Assembly (NCBI GenBank): GCA_017309115.1
Contig: JAFLEF010000035.1
Span: 7,843-71,842 of the forward strand
Length of the DNA: 64,000 nucleotides
DNA from: Verrucomicrobiota bacterium
GTDB lineage: Bacteria > Verrucomicrobiota > Verrucomicrobiia > Limisphaerales > UBA9464
Reading direction: 5' to 3'
In this document: positions 17,016 through 26,607 of the stretch, in pieces
Layout: each line of letters begins with the position of its first letter
Numbering within the stretch: position 1 is the first letter of the stretch
Program-made: the position numbers and the translations under genes
The notes under the pieces: model-generated
What the model was told of the DNA's origin: nothing
What the model saw: only the letters and a program-made list of their open reading frames with translations
The model's database searches: none

Positions 17016-18743
17016 TCACTTCGGCAGCCAAGGCTTGATCAACTCCAACTCGGCGCCCTTTAGCTTGGAGGTGTCGACCTTCTGGGCCATCAATCGCGCA
17101 GCTTCCCGTTGCTGATTGGCGCCCAGGATCGCCGCGTACACGGCAATCCAGCGCGGTTCCTGGGTCTCCCAATCGGTCTTGACGCTCTCGATCAAGGTCA
17201 ACGCCTCGGCATTGTTCCCCGCCTTGAGTTGCCCCAAGGCCATCACCAATGGATACAACTGTTCGTCGGGTGCCTTCTTGGCGCGGCGAGCCAGCGTCGC
17301 CCGGACCTCCGGCGTGCTCTCTCCAATCAGAAAACTGGCGTAGGCTGCGCCCAGATACAGGCTGTCATCTTGAGGCATGAAGGCCGAGAGCTTCTTGAGC
17401 GTGTCACGGATGGTGAAGATGTCGTCCTGAGGCCCGACCAACCGCATGATTTGTCGTCCGGCGGGAACTGTCAGAGGGGGGTATTGCATGAGCCGCTGGT
17501 AGGCGGCCACCGCCGCCATCGGCTGGCCCATTTTTTCGGCATAGGCGGCAATCGCGAGAACCTTGCGATAGTCATTTCCCGCCGCCGCCAGCGCGCTGTC
17601 AAAATGGGTGCGAACGAGGAAATTCTTGTTCTGCTTCTCGGCCGCCAACGCATTCAAGCAATGCTGCAGGTACGGCTCCACCGGCGGATCCTGCATCTGG
17701 AGATACGGCAGGACCTCGTTGACGCGGTCGGCCAGAATCAGCGCTTCAAGACGGGCGGTCAGGAGCGGCGGATTGCCCAGCACGCGTTCCTCAGTGAGCA
17801 GATCGGGTATGCGCATCACTTCGCCATTGTCCCGCAACCAGGTGGCATACCGCAGCAACTCCTGCGTGTTGGTGGTGCCCTGTATGAGGCCGACGATTTC
17901 CTCAATGATTTTGGGGCGATCCCCAGGTTCCAACCGCAGACGCAAGTTGGCCATCTCAGTTTGGGAGTTGGTCCGCTCGGCCAGAGCCTTGAGCAACAGC
18001 TGAGTCTCACCTCGGGGTAGATCCGGCATTCGGGCCAGGGCATCTACGGCTTCATTCCGTTGCGGAGACTTACCCACTGCCAACGCCATTAACAACCGCT
18101 GCGCCCGGTCGCGATACCCCGGATCCTGCGAACCCGCCAGCAACATGCCCAAGGTCAATTCCGCCTCCGGCTTGGTCGGCTCCTTCTGCAGCCATTCTCC
18201 CGCCACCATGATGGCTTTGTCCGGATCCCCCAACGCTTGAAAGTGACGTACCATCAGCCGCAGGAACGCCGGATCCGTCCGATTGGTTTTGAAGATGTTC
18301 GCTATCTCCGCACCCGACAAATCGACACGATTGAAGTCCAACGCCATTTGGATGTAGTCCAACCGATCCTGCCACGTGGCCGCTCCGCTGCGAACGAGCG
18401 CCTGCATGGTAATCAGGCCGTTGGCGCTGCCCGACTTGGCGTTCAAGCGACTGGAGATGCGCAGGACCTTCGGATGCGTTGGGGCCAGGCCCGACGCGGT
18501 GCGCAGCATCTTCGCCGCCTCGGCATACTTGCCTTTATCAGCCAATGCCTGGGCGTCTTCTATCAGCATGACCGCCCGCTTTTCCTTAATCCGTTTATAC
18601 GCCGGACGCCCCACGAACCAGCCCACCACCCCCAGGATCACCAACCCGACCACGAGGTAGGCAAACCGATGGGACGTCCCCGGCCCCCGCTGACGCACGC
18701 GGGCCTTGAAGAGAGCGGTATCGGAAGAGGGAGTCGGTTCCAT
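17016..18743 (-). CDS. Membrane-anchored TPR-like repeat protein (paralog of 32191-33939)
   Basis: 575-aa ORF with an N-terminal TM helix (FAYLVVGLVILGVVGWFV) and an all-helical Ala/Leu-rich repeat body. It is colinear with the 582-aa protein at 32191-33939, including the shared C-terminal ...L(I/V)(K/D)PWLP(K/N) ending. Confidence 0.8.
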   Translation of the reverse strand: MEPTPSSDTALFKARVRQRGPGTSHRFAYLVVGLVILGVVGWFVGRPAYKRIKEKRAVMLIEDAQALADKGKYAEAAKMLRTASGLAPTHPKVLRISSRLNAKSGSANGLITMQALVRSGAATWQDRLDYIQMALDFNRVDLSGAEIANIFKTNRTDPAFLRLMVRHFQALGDPDKAIMVAGEWLQKEPTKPEAELTLGMLLAGSQDPGYRDRAQRLLMALAVGKSPQRNEAVDALARMPDLPRGETQLLLKALAERTNSQTEMANLRLRLEPGDRPKIIEEIVGLIQGTTNTQELLRYATWLRDNGEVMRIPDLLTEERVLGNPPLLTARLEALILADRVNEVLPYLQMQDPPVEPYLQHCLNALAAEKQNKNFLVRTHFDSALAAAGNDYRKVLAIAAYAEKMGQPMAAVAAYQRLMQYPPLTVPAGRQIMRLVGPQDDIFTIRDTLKKLSAFMPQDDSLYLGAAYASFLIGESTPEVRATLARRAKKAPDEQLYPLVMALGQLKAGNNAEALTLIESVKTDWETQEPRWIAVYAAILGANQQREAARLMAQKVDTSKLKGAELELIKPWLPK

Positions 18744-18807
18744 AAGCGTTCAGGCGAGATTCACTATTGCAGCTCGAATTGAAATTGGCCACTGCGGAGA
18801 CCTACCG

Positions 18808-20040
18808 TCAGCCGGGCGGAGCGGCGACGGAATCACAGTCGCTCCCCACCCCGTTCCAACGAATCACCGACACCGAAGCTCCCTGGGGCAAGGTCTGCCG
18901 CGGGGGAACGTCCACCAGTCCGTCGGCGAGCGCGAGTGAACCCAACCGATGAGACGCCTGCACTCCCGCCAGCGAAACCCGCCCGGCTTCCGTCCGCACC
19001 CGGACAAAATGCCGCCGCCGATCTCCGTTGATCAACGGTTCCGCCAGCAGGGCCGGAGTCCAGGGAGGCAGGACCGAGCTTCGCCCTGCCAGTCGCCGCA
19101 CCGCCGGAAGGACCAACAGCACCGCCGTCACAAAGGCCGAGACCGGATTCCCCGGGAGCCCGGTTAAAAGCCGCCCCGACCGCATTCCCCAGAAGAACGG
19201 CTTGCCCGGCTTGAGCGCGACTTCCCCGTCAAAAATGGTCCCACCTAACCGGCGGCCGATCGATCGAACCAAATCCGGTTCCCCCACCGAGGCGCCCCCT
19301 GAAGTCACCAGCAGGTCCACCCGCGCCCACGCCGGATCAAGCGCGGCCGCCAAGGCATCCTCCCGGTCTGGAACCGCCGGCATTACTTCCACTTCAACCC
19401 CCTCGGCGAGCAACAACTCCCGCAGCATGAGGCTATTGCTTTCGTAAATCTGACCCGGCTTCAGAGGTTGTCCCGGAATCACCAATTCACTCCCGGTGAC
19501 TAGAATGCCAACCCGGGGACGTCGGCTCACCCGCACCGTCGAAACCCCCGCCGCCGCCAGCAAACCCAGCTTGGCGGGTCCAAGACGTCCCCCCACGGCC
19601 AGTAAAGGTCGACCCAACGCCACATCTTCGCCCCGAAACCGCACGCTCTCCCAGGGTTTGACGCCTTCAAGTATGGTCACCTCGCCCGTCGGCGGGGTCA
19701 CCAGTTCCGTGTCCTCCTGCATCACCACGGCATCGGCTCCGGGCGGCAACGGAGCTCCGGTGAACACCCGAACGGTCTGACCCGGCCCCAGGATCCCGGA
19801 AAAGGTTTCCCCGGGAGCGACTCGACCAATGACCTGCAGGCGAACCGGAGTGGATCGGGTATCGGCCGCGCGCACCGCGTAGCCATCCATGGCGACAGTA
19901 TCCACAGGTGGGATCGCGGTGGTGGAACTGGGAGCTGACGCCAGGACACGACCGGCCGCATGGTTGAGAATGACCTCCTCGGAATCGAGGGGTTGAAGCG
20001 CCGAGAGCAACTCCGCGCGAACTTCCTCCAGCGCCCGCAT
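18808..20040 (-). CDS. moeA: Molybdopterin molybdenumtransferase MoeA
   Basis: 410 aa, with the VAMDGYAVRAAD motif, the MoeA domain order and ..SGGASVGEPDLV.. in the MoCF-binding domain. Confidence 0.9.
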   Translation of the reverse strand: MRALEEVRAELLSALQPLDSEEVILNHAAGRVLASAPSSTTAIPPVDTVAMDGYAVRAADTRSTPVRLQVIGRVAPGETFSGILGPGQTVRVFTGAPLPPGADAVVMQEDTELVTPPTGEVTILEGVKPWESVRFRGEDVALGRPLLAVGGRLGPAKLGLLAAAGVSTVRVSRRPRVGILVTGSELVIPGQPLKPGQIYESNSLMLRELLLAEGVEVEVMPAVPDREDALAAALDPAWARVDLLVTSGGASVGEPDLVRSIGRRLGGTIFDGEVALKPGKPFFWGMRSGRLLTGLPGNPVSAFVTAVLLVLPAVRRLAGRSSVLPPWTPALLAEPLINGDRRRHFVRVRTEAGRVSLAGVQASHRLGSLALADGLVDVPPRQTLPQGASVSVIRWNGVGSDCDSVAAPPG

Positions 20041-20046
20041 GAAGAA

Positions 20047-21231
20047 TCAAGCGGCGCCGCCGCCGCCTTTGGTGACCGAACTCACGATGGGCACGGTTGG
20101 CACTGAATCGCCAGCCGCCTTCTTGGCCGCGACCGCCGTAATCCGTTCCTCGCTGGCAATGAAGAAGTGCCGCAAGCGGACGCGCCACATCACCGTGAAG
20201 CCCACTGCCAGGGCCGCAAACAAGGCGCTCAAAAACAACTGACCGCCCTTGTCCATCAACGACAGCGTGATCGAGAGCAAACCCGTCACAATCGCCACCG
20301 CATACAGCGTCCAAGCCGCCTGCCGGTGGCTCAAGCCCATGGCCAGTAGACGATGGTGCACATGGTTTTTATCCGCCTGGAAAATCGAGACGTTGCGCCG
20401 CCAGCGGTGATACATGACCCGGGTCGTGTCGAACAACGGAAGGGCGAAGAGCAGCAGCGGAACGGTGAGCAGGGAACTAGCCCCTTGCACGCCTTGGGAC
20501 CGGTCATTGAACAGGGAAATGATGGCGATGCACGACAACAGCATGCCAATCGTCAACGAACCTGAATCGCCGAGGAAGATGCGGGCCGGCGCGTGGTTGT
20601 GGGGCAAAAACCCGAGGCAGGCCCCGGCCAGGGCGAGGTTGAGCAGCGAAACGATGACGTTGTGGGACAGAATGTTGATCACCGCCAGCGAAAGGGCCAT
20701 GCAGGCCGTGACCCCGGCCACCAAGCCGTCAATGCCATCCAACAAGTTCACCGCATTGGTCACGCCAACAATCCAAAGTACCGTAAACGGGAGGCTCAGC
20801 AGATCGAGTCCGATGGGTTCGCCAAATGGATTCATGATCGCGTCGATCCTGAATCCGCCGAACCACAGCCCCGTAGCGATCGCCACCTGGGCCAGAAACT
20901 TCTTGGAGGCATCGGCGCCCTTCATGTCGTCGTAGACCCCGAGAGCCAACATGGCGAGCGAGCCCAGGAGGAGCGGAATGAACAAATTCGCGACGTTGCG
21001 AAACTCATCGGCAATGGAGTTTTGCAACAAGGGCACGGCCGCCAGGGAAAGCAGGAAGCCCAGGTAAACGGCCACTCCACCCAAGCGCGGCATGGCATGG
21101 GAGTGAACCTTGCGCTCGTTGGGCAGATCCACCGCCCCAACCTTGAAAGCCAGCCAACCCGCCACCGGGGTCAGCCAAAAGGCCGCCAAGGCGGACATGA
21201 CCAGGATTCCCAGGTAGGTGTTGTATCTCAT
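20047..21231 (-). CDS. Polyprenyl-phosphate N-acetylhexosamine-1-phosphate transferase (MraY/WecA family)
   Basis: 394 aa, polytopic membrane protein. Motifs DLPNERKVHSHAMPRLGG, VYDDMKG, NAVNLLDGIDGL and NHVHHRLL are typical of the WecA/MraY superfamily. ATGA overlap with the upstream GT gene. Confidence 0.9.
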   Translation of the reverse strand: MRYNTYLGILVMSALAAFWLTPVAGWLAFKVGAVDLPNERKVHSHAMPRLGGVAVYLGFLLSLAAVPLLQNSIADEFRNVANLFIPLLLGSLAMLALGVYDDMKGADASKKFLAQVAIATGLWFGGFRIDAIMNPFGEPIGLDLLSLPFTVLWIVGVTNAVNLLDGIDGLVAGVTACMALSLAVINILSHNVIVSLLNLALAGACLGFLPHNHAPARIFLGDSGSLTIGMLLSCIAIISLFNDRSQGVQGASSLLTVPLLLFALPLFDTTRVMYHRWRRNVSIFQADKNHVHHRLLAMGLSHRQAAWTLYAVAIVTGLLSITLSLMDKGGQLFLSALFAALAVGFTVMWRVRLRHFFIASEERITAVAAKKAAGDSVPTVPIVSSVTKGGGGAA

Positions 21232-22379
21232 GCCGGCAGCGCGCCCGGTAGGCGCAGCGAAGAAAACAGATTCCAGTAACGTTGGACCATGACCGAACTC
21301 GAGAATTCCGTATCAGACCGGACCCGACCGGCTTCGCCCAGTTGGCGTTGTAAGGATGGAGAGACCACGAGTCGATTCAGCGCCGCCGCAAGTGCCAGCG
21401 AATCGCTGGGGGGAACTACCAAGCCGTTCAAACCGTCGGCGCAGACGTATGGCACGCCCGATCGAAGGTTACAAGCTACGATCGGTTTACCGCACGCCAT
21501 CGCCTCGACCTGCACCAACCCAAAGGCTTCGTTGGGGGTCACCGAGGGAAACACAAAAATGTCACAGGCATTGAAGTAGGCCGGAAGATCCGCATCCGCG
21601 ACGTCCCCACAAAACCGCACCCGGTCCGTCACGCCCACCTGTGCCGCGGTTTCTCTCAATTCCGCTTCCAAGGGTCCCGTGCCCACCAACCACAACTCCG
21701 CCCCGGGAACCTCCCGCAAGGCCTCGATGGCGAACCTTTGCCCCTTGTAACCGACTAAACGGCCTACATTTAGGAGAATGGTTCGCCCCTGCGCCTGCGC
21801 TCGCAGTTCTGCGACCTTACTCATACCAAGGTCGGAAAGCCGGAATCGTTCCAACTCCAATCCAAACGGAATCACCACCACTTTGTGTCGGAATTCCGGA
21901 AGCCAGGGCGAGTATTCCAGATGATGCGGCGTCGCCACGACAATGCGATCTGCCCGACGCAACAGCGCTCGTTGCAACGGCAGATACGCCCGCAGGACGG
22001 CCTTTTGCCGAACAATATCGCTGTGCCAACTCAGCACCACCGGGATTTTCCGCGGGGCCAGCACCACGGCCAGATCCGCCAACGGATTGGGAAAATGCGC
22101 GTGAATGAGGTCCGCCCGCCAGTTCCACGCCGCCACCGGATACGCCGGACAAGCCGAAGTGCTGAACACTTCCCCGAAGCTCGGTAACCGATGAACCCGC
22201 ACTCCCGCCACCGTCTCATGCAACGTCCGCCAGCGAACTCCCGGACTCTTGGGTCCGTTGGCCACCACGCACTCCACCGTGCCGCCCAACCGAACAAATC
22301 CTTCCGACCACAGACGCAGGAGCGTCTCGATACCACCACGCTCCGGAGGATAAAACTTTCCCAGTTCCAGAATCTTCAC
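21228..22379 (-). CDS. Glycosyltransferase family 4 (GT-B fold)
   Basis: C-terminal FVFPSVTPNEAFGLVQVEAMACGKPIVA is the EX7E region. The track ORF extends to 22412 but would overlap the upstream gene by 37 nt. GTG at 22379 forms a GTGA start/stop overlap and gives the typical N-terminus (M)KILELGKFYPPERGG. Confidence 0.88.
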   Translation of the reverse strand: MKILELGKFYPPERGGIETLLRLWSEGFVRLGGTVECVVANGPKSPGVRWRTLHETVAGVRVHRLPSFGEVFSTSACPAYPVAAWNWRADLIHAHFPNPLADLAVVLAPRKIPVVLSWHSDIVRQKAVLRAYLPLQRALLRRADRIVVATPHHLEYSPWLPEFRHKVVVIPFGLELERFRLSDLGMSKVAELRAQAQGRTILLNVGRLVGYKGQRFAIEALREVPGAELWLVGTGPLEAELRETAAQVGVTDRVRFCGDVADADLPAYFNACDIFVFPSVTPNEAFGLVQVEAMACGKPIVACNLRSGVPYVCADGLNGLVVPPSDSLALAAALNRLVVSPSLQRQLGEAGRVRSDTEFSSSVMVQRYWNLFSSLRLPGALPA

Positions 22380-23581
22380 GTTACCCCCTCCGGCCATCCT
22401 GACACCGCCCACCGACTATGCGCCCGTTCGATGGCGTCCGCCGGCCGATCCCACCGAAACGCCGTCCGCGCATAGGCCGCACAGGTTTCCCGCTCGGGCA
22501 ACCGCAGGGATCCGTCCAGCACCCGACCCAGAATCACGGCAAGCGACTCGACATCGCCGGGTTCGAACATGAGGTCGGGATTGAGCGGCTGGACCAGTTC
22601 CGGATTGGCCCCGGCCCGGGAAGCGAGAACGGGAGTTCCACACGCCAGGGCTTCCGCCGTGGCCAAACCAAACCCTTCCAAATCCAAGGAAGGCATGATG
22701 ACGCAATCCGCCGCCGCATACCACCGGGGCAGTTCGTCTTCGGAAACAAACCCGAGCAGTTGGGCCCGCTCGGACAATCCGGCGGCATTGATCCGCGCCT
22801 GCAATTCCTCCCGCTGAGCCCCCTTCCCCGCAATGGCCAGTCGGGCCCGGGGATGGGCCTTCGCCACCCGGGCGAACGCTTCGACCAACTGCAGCAACCC
22901 CATCCGGGGGTCCAGGCGTCGCACCGCCAGGAACAGAAAATCATTGGGCGCCAATTGACGTTGAGTCCGTACTCCCGCGCGATCGGCCGCCGGCTGGAAT
23001 CGCACGAGATCGGCGCCACCACCAATGACTTCGGTTTCGGGGGACAGTCCGCGATGCCATTCCGCGAGGCGTTTCCGGGAATATTCGCTGGCGACGAACA
23101 CCAGTTTGGCCGCGGCCACCGACTGGCGTTCCACTCGATGCATGACCCGGCAGGCCACTTCATCGACCACCCGGCGCAGAAGACCTCGGGGACGGGCTTG
23201 CAGGGAAAACCGATGCTCCAACGCCCACGGTCCCTGCAGCACCATCACAAACGGCAGATCCCGCAGCGCCGGGCTGAGATAAGCGTGATGAGAGAACAAG
23301 AGGGTTGGGGTGCGCTCCGCGAGCAGAGTGCGCAGGACTTGCCGGGTGCCGTCATTGGCCGAATTCCAGCGGGCGCGGAACCCGGATCCGGTTCGGGCGA
23401 TCCGATGCAAGTGGACGCCCGACCGAAGTTCCTGCGCCGGCAGGGTTTCTCCGGGATTGGGAAACACCGCATGAACCTCGTGCCCGCGCCGCGCCAGCAA
23501 TTCCGCCACCTCAGTGGCATACCGATAGCCCCCGCCGTCGAGATCAGGAGTGTAGCCGAGGGTTAGGAAAACAAACCGCAT
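22376..23581 (-). CDS. Glycosyltransferase family 4 (GT-B fold)
   Basis: 401 aa. MRFVFLTLGYTPDLDGGGYRYATEVAELLARRGHEVH at the N-terminus and IMPSLDLEGFGLATAEALACGTPVLAS in the C-terminal half. Confidence 0.9.
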   Translation of the reverse strand: MRFVFLTLGYTPDLDGGGYRYATEVAELLARRGHEVHAVFPNPGETLPAQELRSGVHLHRIARTGSGFRARWNSANDGTRQVLRTLLAERTPTLLFSHHAYLSPALRDLPFVMVLQGPWALEHRFSLQARPRGLLRRVVDEVACRVMHRVERQSVAAAKLVFVASEYSRKRLAEWHRGLSPETEVIGGGADLVRFQPAADRAGVRTQRQLAPNDFLFLAVRRLDPRMGLLQLVEAFARVAKAHPRARLAIAGKGAQREELQARINAAGLSERAQLLGFVSEDELPRWYAAADCVIMPSLDLEGFGLATAEALACGTPVLASRAGANPELVQPLNPDLMFEPGDVESLAVILGRVLDGSLRLPERETCAAYARTAFRWDRPADAIERAHSRWAVSGWPEGVT

Positions 23582-23721
23582 CGAGAGGATCCGCCACCGT
23601 GCGGACCCGGGTTGCTAACAAACCGAACGGGTGGGCGGCAATGCGGATGTTGTCCCGCCGGAAACGATTTTCCCGGAGTCGGATGCTTGAGTCGATTCCG
23701 CCGCCCTTTCACACTGAGCCC

Positions 23722-26289
23722 ATGTTCGCCGTGCTGACTCGTCGCCGTGAATTGCTTTCCTCCCGCCTCGTCGCGCTGGCCCTGGGACTTTTGACCGTCA
23801 GTCCGGGCCTGGCGCAGGATAGTTTCGCCGGGGCCGCCACCCCTATCGAGACCCTCAAGGTGGCCAAGGATTTTAAGGTGGAACTGCTCCACACCGTGCC
23901 CAAGGACCAGCAAGGCTCGTGGGTCGCGCTGTGCGCCGATCCCAAAGGTCGCCTGATCGTATCCGACCAGTACGGATCCCTCTATCGCCTGACGCCGCCG
24001 CCGCTGGGCACCACCACCGGACTGAAAATTGAGAAGATCGACCTTCCCATCGGCCAAGCGCAGGGCCTGCTCTACGCCTTCGACAGCCTGTATGTGATGG
24101 TCGCCAACGAGGCGTACCAGGGCCGCGGACTGTATCGCGTTCGCGACACCAACGGCGATGACCAGTTCGACGACGTCAAACTGCTCCGCAAATTGGAAGG
24201 CGGCGGCGAGCACGGACCCCACGCCATTGTGCTCACGCCGGACAAAAAGGGCCTCTTCATCGTGGTGGGAAACCAAACCAAGATCACCGCCCTGAACGGA
24301 TCCCGGGTGCCGCCGAATTGGAGCGAAGATTTGCTCCTGCCGCGCCTCTGGGATGGCAATGGCTTCATGAAGGGTGTGCTCGGACCCGGCGGCTGGGTCG
24401 CGAAGACGGATCCCGATGCCCAAAACTGGGAACTGCACACCGTCGGCTTCCGCAATCAGTACGATGCCGCCGTTCACAAGGACGGGGACCTGTTCACTTT
24501 CGACGCCGACATGGAGTGGGACATGAACACCCCGTGGTACCGGCCAACGCGCGTCTGTTTTGTCGCGAGCGGTGCTGATTTCGGCTGGCGTTCTGGTGGG
24601 TCCAAATGGCCCAGCTACTACCCGGACACCCTGCCCCCGGTCGTGGATATCGGCCCGGGATCCCCCACCGGCGTCACGTTCGGCTACGGCGCCAAGTTCC
24701 CGGCGAAGTACCAGAATGCCTATTACGCTGCGGATTGGAGTTACGGCAAACTGTACGCCGTCCACATCGAACCGGATGGCGCCGGCTACAAAGGAGTCGC
24801 CGAGGAATTCATCACCGGACAACCGCTGCCGCTCACCGAAGTCATCATCCACCCGCAGGATGGTGCCATGTACTTCACCATCGGCGGGCGCAAGACGCAG
24901 TCGGCTCTCTACCGGGTGACCTACGTGGGCAAAGAATCCACGGCTCCCTCCACCCAGAAGCTGGCCGGCGGTTCCGCCCGGGAACTGCGCCGCAAATTGG
25001 AGAGTTTCCACGGACATCAGGATCCCAAGGCGGTCAAAGCGGCCTGGCCCTTCCTCAGCCACAAAGATCGCTACCTCAATACCGCCGCCCGGGTGGCCTT
25101 GGAATGGCAGCCGGCTGAATCCTGGCGGGACCAGGCTCTGGCCGAAAAGAATCCCACCGGGGCCATCAACGCCCTGATCGCTCTGATTCGCGTCAGCGCC
25201 CGTGACGAGTTTCATCGCAAGCCGACGGCAGACCCGGTTCCCGACCCAACGCTGCAACCGGCAATCCTGGCGTCCCTCGACCGGCTGAAGTGGGACTCGC
25301 TCTCCGAGTTCCAAAAGCTGGGAGTCTTGCGAACCTATGGCTTGGCCTTCATCCGACTGGGACGTCCCGAGGAAGCCACCCGGCAACGCTTGGGCACGCT
25401 ATTCGAAAGCCGATTCCCCACCACGTCACAGCCGCTCAATCTCCAACTGGGCGAACTGATGGTTTATCTGGCTTCACCCAACGCCGCGACCGAACTCGTG
25501 GCTGCCCTGCAGAAAGCGCCGAGCCAGGAAGAGCAGCTCGCCTACGCCAAAATGCTCCGCGTGCTGCGCACCGGTTGGACCCCGGCTCTGCGCGAAGCGT
25601 ACTTCAGCTGGTTTCTGAAGGCGGCCAACTTCCGCGGCGGCGCCAGTCTGTCGGGCTTCCTGCGGGACATGAAGAACGACGCCATCGCCACGCTGAGCGA
25701 CTCCGAGAAAGCGTCCCTCCAAGCGCTCCTCGACACCAAGCCGCCGAAACGTTCCGCCCTCGACAACCTGTTGGCCGATCGCAAACAGGTGAAGGAATGG
25801 ACGCTGACGGATTTGCGGCCTGCGTTGAACGACGGTCTGCGCCGACGCAATTACGAACGCGGTCGCGAACTCTTCGGCGCCGTCGGTTGCTACAACTGCC
25901 ATCGGTTTGCCACGGAAGGCGGTGCCGTCGGACCCGATCTCACCGGCGTCTCCGGACGCTTCAGTCCGCCCGACCTGCTCGAGTCCCTCATCGATCCGAG
26001 CAAGGAAATCAGCGATCAGTACCAAGCCATCCTCGTCACCAAGAAGGACGGCGAGACCGTCATCGGCCGGGTCGCGAATCTGAATGACGAGACCCTGATG
26101 ATCGCCACGGACATGACTGATCCCAACGCCTTCGCGAACGTGAAGCGCACGGACGTGGAATCGATCGAACCCTCCAAAATTTCGCCGATGCCCGAGGGAT
26201 TGCTCAACACGCTCCAGCAGGAGGAGATCCTGGATCTGATGGCCTTCCTCCTGTCCGGCGGCAACCGCGACGCCAAGTACTTCAAGTAA
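23722..26289 (+). CDS. PVC-type heme-binding protein (membrane-bound dehydrogenase-like beta-propeller + HEAT-like repeats + C-terminal cytochrome c)
   Basis: The track ORF starts at 23305 inside the neighbouring gene. The plausible start is ATG 23722 (MFAVLTRRRELLSSRLVALALGLLTVSPGLAQD, signal peptide), with ATG 23641 as an alternative. The N-terminus LKVAKDFKVELLHTVPKDQQGSWVAL and the C-terminus GRELFGAVGCYNCHRFATEGGAVGPDLTGV (CxxCH) match the Pirellula/Verrucomicrobium-type heme-binding architecture. Confidence 0.85.
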   Translation: MFAVLTRRRELLSSRLVALALGLLTVSPGLAQDSFAGAATPIETLKVAKDFKVELLHTVPKDQQGSWVALCADPKGRLIVSDQYGSLYRLTPPPLGTTTGLKIEKIDLPIGQAQGLLYAFDSLYVMVANEAYQGRGLYRVRDTNGDDQFDDVKLLRKLEGGGEHGPHAIVLTPDKKGLFIVVGNQTKITALNGSRVPPNWSEDLLLPRLWDGNGFMKGVLGPGGWVAKTDPDAQNWELHTVGFRNQYDAAVHKDGDLFTFDADMEWDMNTPWYRPTRVCFVASGADFGWRSGGSKWPSYYPDTLPPVVDIGPGSPTGVTFGYGAKFPAKYQNAYYAADWSYGKLYAVHIEPDGAGYKGVAEEFITGQPLPLTEVIIHPQDGAMYFTIGGRKTQSALYRVTYVGKESTAPSTQKLAGGSARELRRKLESFHGHQDPKAVKAAWPFLSHKDRYLNTAARVALEWQPAESWRDQALAEKNPTGAINALIALIRVSARDEFHRKPTADPVPDPTLQPAILASLDRLKWDSLSEFQKLGVLRTYGLAFIRLGRPEEATRQRLGTLFESRFPTTSQPLNLQLGELMVYLASPNAATELVAALQKAPSQEEQLAYAKMLRVLRTGWTPALREAYFSWFLKAANFRGGASLSGFLRDMKNDAIATLSDSEKASLQALLDTKPPKRSALDNLLADRKQVKEWTLTDLRPALNDGLRRRNYERGRELFGAVGCYNCHRFATEGGAVGPDLTGVSGRFSPPDLLESLIDPSKEISDQYQAILVTKKDGETVIGRVANLNDETLMIATDMTDPNAFANVKRTDVESIEPSKISPMPEGLLNTLQQEEILDLMAFLLSGGNRDAKYFK

Positions 26290-26490
26290 GCCCGCTGTGG
26301 TAGGTCGAAGCTTCCGCTGAGCCGTTCACGCCGTGACGAGCCATGCGGCGTAGCCGCCGACGGAAGGAGGCGCCATTCAGTCTCGTGACGCGTTGATCGG
26401 AAACCGACGCGTGGGGTTTTCCAGACCAGTCAGCGCCTCGTTCCCTCGGCGTCTACTCTTCCTCCGCGGGAGACATTCCCTTACGCCAAT

Positions 26491-26590
26491 GATGGTAGGG
26501 CGAAGCTTCCGCTGAGCCGCTCACGTCAGAAGTAGTCACGCGTCGTTTCGCCATTACGCGAACGGCTCCGCAGAGCGTCGCCCTACCATC
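26491..26590. repeat. Module-A hairpin repeat (inverted orientation relative to the 57073 copy)
   Basis: 100-nt element with perfect 13-nt inverted termini GATGGTAGGGCGA ... TCGCCCTACCATC and inner arms GCTGAGCCG / CGGCTCCGCAGAGC. A partial left-arm copy lies at about 26297-26345 (GTGGTAGGTCGAAGCTTCCGCTGAGCCGTTCACG). Confidence 0.75.
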
Positions 26591-26607
26591 CTTCCCCAGT
26601 TCCGGGC

